From an uncultured Candidatus Saccharibacteria bacterium (GTDB lineage Bacteria; Patescibacteriota; Minisyncoccia; Minisyncoccales; UBA10102): a stretch of 64,000 bases of DNA. Made by a program: the position numbers and the translations under genes. The stretch is from positions 5,518 to 69,517 of the forward strand of contig CAYZNF010000006.1 of assembly GCA_964479725.1 (NCBI GenBank), in the 5' to 3' direction. Positions 62,673 through 64,000 of this stretch are shown here, piece after piece (the first letter of the stretch is position 1; each line of letters starts with the position of its first letter). A model generated the notes under the pieces. That model saw nothing but the letters and a program-made list of their open reading frames with translations. It was not told the origin of the DNA and ran no database searches.

Positions 62673-64000
62673 ATGAAGGAACTTGACCCTTCGTACATTT
62701 CTCTTTTCGATGCATCTAAATCCTGCCCATATTCGCAGGAATATTTGAGTTTACGGGCAAGGCAGGGAAAATTGAAAGCGGTAAAGTCGGGGAGAAACTG
62801 GTTTACGACAGAAAAATGGCTTGAAGAGTATATCGCCAAAACCGTAGAGTATCAGCAGCGATTGCAGGCCAAGCAAGAATTAATCATAAGCCAACTTGCC
62901 GGAAAACAAATCCCGCCGCCAATTAACTTGCCTCTGGCTGAAGAAGCTTTCGTGGAGCAGTCTGTATTGCCAGAAAAATCAATTGAATTGGCAAAAGCAG
63001 AATTTCTGCCGGAAACAAAAAATAATCTAAAAACGGTTTTCTACAAGCGGGAGCCTTTTAAAAGTTTTGCCGTAGGAGTGGGGATTGGACTTGCCACTCC
63101 GGCTTTGCTGTTTTTAGTTTTTAATCTTTTGGTGAATCTTGGGGTTGTTGACAAAAGAAATATGCAGGCGGCTTTGCCAATAGAGCAAGTGAAGGGTTGG
63201 CGGGAGTTTGCGGAGAATGCTTTTGCCAAAGGAACAAATCTTGCGCAGGGAGTGGCGGAGAACATCGAAGAAGTAATGGAAGAAAATGCCATCAAAGCGG
63301 CAGAAAATTTAAATGGCAGGAAAAATACGATAGGGACAATGCATGAAAACAACAAAGCGTTTTTCGGAAGTGTCGCAGACGGCGCTGGCAATTTCCAAAA
63401 TAAAATACTTCAGAATATATCTTCTATCAAGGAGACTATAGCGAAAGAAGCGAAGAAAGGATACAAAAACACAAGAAATATTTTTGGCGCGAATATATCT
63501 GGAAATGGCACGCAAACTATTTTGCTTCCGGCAAGCAGCCAACAGAGGCAAGGGGTTGCTGCGGTCGTGCGGCAAGAAACATCTTTGGCTCAAGCCCCTG
63601 TAAAAATTTCTCCGACACCTGAAGTAAAAAATATTTCCGGAGGAGAAGCGGTGGATTCTGTTTTTGCTGCAATTGAAAAGCGTCTTGCCGCTGTGCAAAC
63701 GGGTTTGGAGAATATACGGGTGATTCCTGGACCCCAAGGACCAGCAGGACCCCCGGGACCTTCGGGGTTGGCGGGAGCTCCGGGGCCTCAAGGGCCGCGA
63801 GGGGAGCAAGGGCTCTCTGGAGGCGCGACAAGTTTTGGGATGCAATTTATAAATGCTTCTCCAAATAAGGTTTCCTTTTCCGGCAATTACGACACACTGA
63901 ATATCGGCAGGGGCAAGTTGAGCGTTGATAGCGCGGGCAACCTCACTACGACAGGCAGCGCTACTCTTGCGGGCGCGACTATCACGAACTTAACACTTTC
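62673..64000 (+). CDS. HTH-like N-terminal domain, TM, and collagen-like (G-x-y) repeat protein; 3'-truncated by the window edge
   Basis: Manual translation from ATG 62673: MKELDPSYISLFDASKSCPYSQEYLSLRARQGKLKAVKSGRNWFTTEKWLEEY... This is followed by the TM segment FAVGVGIGLATPALLFLVFNLL and then GPQGPAGPPGPSGLAGAPGPQGPRGEQG. There is no stop before base 64000, and the ORF is absent from the ORF track. Confidence 0.6.
   Translation, partial: MKELDPSYISLFDASKSCPYSQEYLSLRARQGKLKAVKSGRNWFTTEKWLEEYIAKTVEYQQRLQAKQELIISQLAGKQIPPPINLPLAEEAFVEQSVLPEKSIELAKAEFLPETKNNLKTVFYKREPFKSFAVGVGIGLATPALLFLVFNLLVNLGVVDKRNMQAALPIEQVKGWREFAENAFAKGTNLAQGVAENIEEVMEENAIKAAENLNGRKNTIGTMHENNKAFFGSVADGAGNFQNKILQNISSIKETIAKEAKKGYKNTRNIFGANISGNGTQTILLPASSQQRQGVAAVVRQETSLAQAPVKISPTPEVKNISGGEAVDSVFAAIEKRLAAVQTGLENIRVIPGPQGPAGPPGPSGLAGAPGPQGPRGEQGLSGGATSFGMQFINASPNKVSFSGNYDTLNIGRGKLSVDSAGNLTTTGSATLAGATITNLTL

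Overview
The window looks like a streamlined, AT-leaning genome of the Candidate Phyla Radiation (Patescibacteria/Parcubacteria-like). This placement is inferred from gene content only: TrbC/VirB2-type pilin-hairpin proteins, a type IV pilus locus next to comFC, tRNAs without encoded CCA, short housekeeping enzymes, and giant repeat-rich surface proteins.

Housekeeping genes: valS, tsaD, recG, ligA, a SEDS FtsW/RodA protein, Hsp20, PrsW, a GT2 synthase and a MacB-type ABC pair.

Six blocks stand out:
1. 15-5195: three proteins share one C-terminal TrbC/VirB2-like hairpin and bracket two GT-C glycosyltransferases.
2. 12037-20542: a 1999-aa propeller plus FN3-like surface protein contains nucleotide-identical 186-bp tandem repeats. 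It sits 3 nt upstream of the ABC pair.
3. 25126-30124: a visibly GC-richer ~5 kb island lies between a stranded terminator and tRNA-Arg. It carries barstar-like and other immunity-like genes, toxin and Rhs fragments, and a recombinase remnant.
4. 30311-33794: an accessory tRNA-Ser locus holds tRNA fragments, a repeated triple-hairpin element and a GIY-YIG ORF. It also holds a Panacea-type toxin-antitoxin cassette flanked by perfect 82-bp direct repeats, each followed by a consensus promoter.
5. 33846-41118: a six-gene complex-I / group-4-hydrogenase-like operon. All four NiFe cysteine ligands and three of the four Fe-S ligands appear substituted, and no ferredoxin-like subunit is present. This Ehr-like, apparently cofactor-less module is the strongest candidate for an unusual system.
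6. 41861-59365: a type IV pilus locus contains an embedded receiver domain, two large non-pilin secreted proteins and four minor pilins.

All calls rest on motif reading by eye. No database searches were run.
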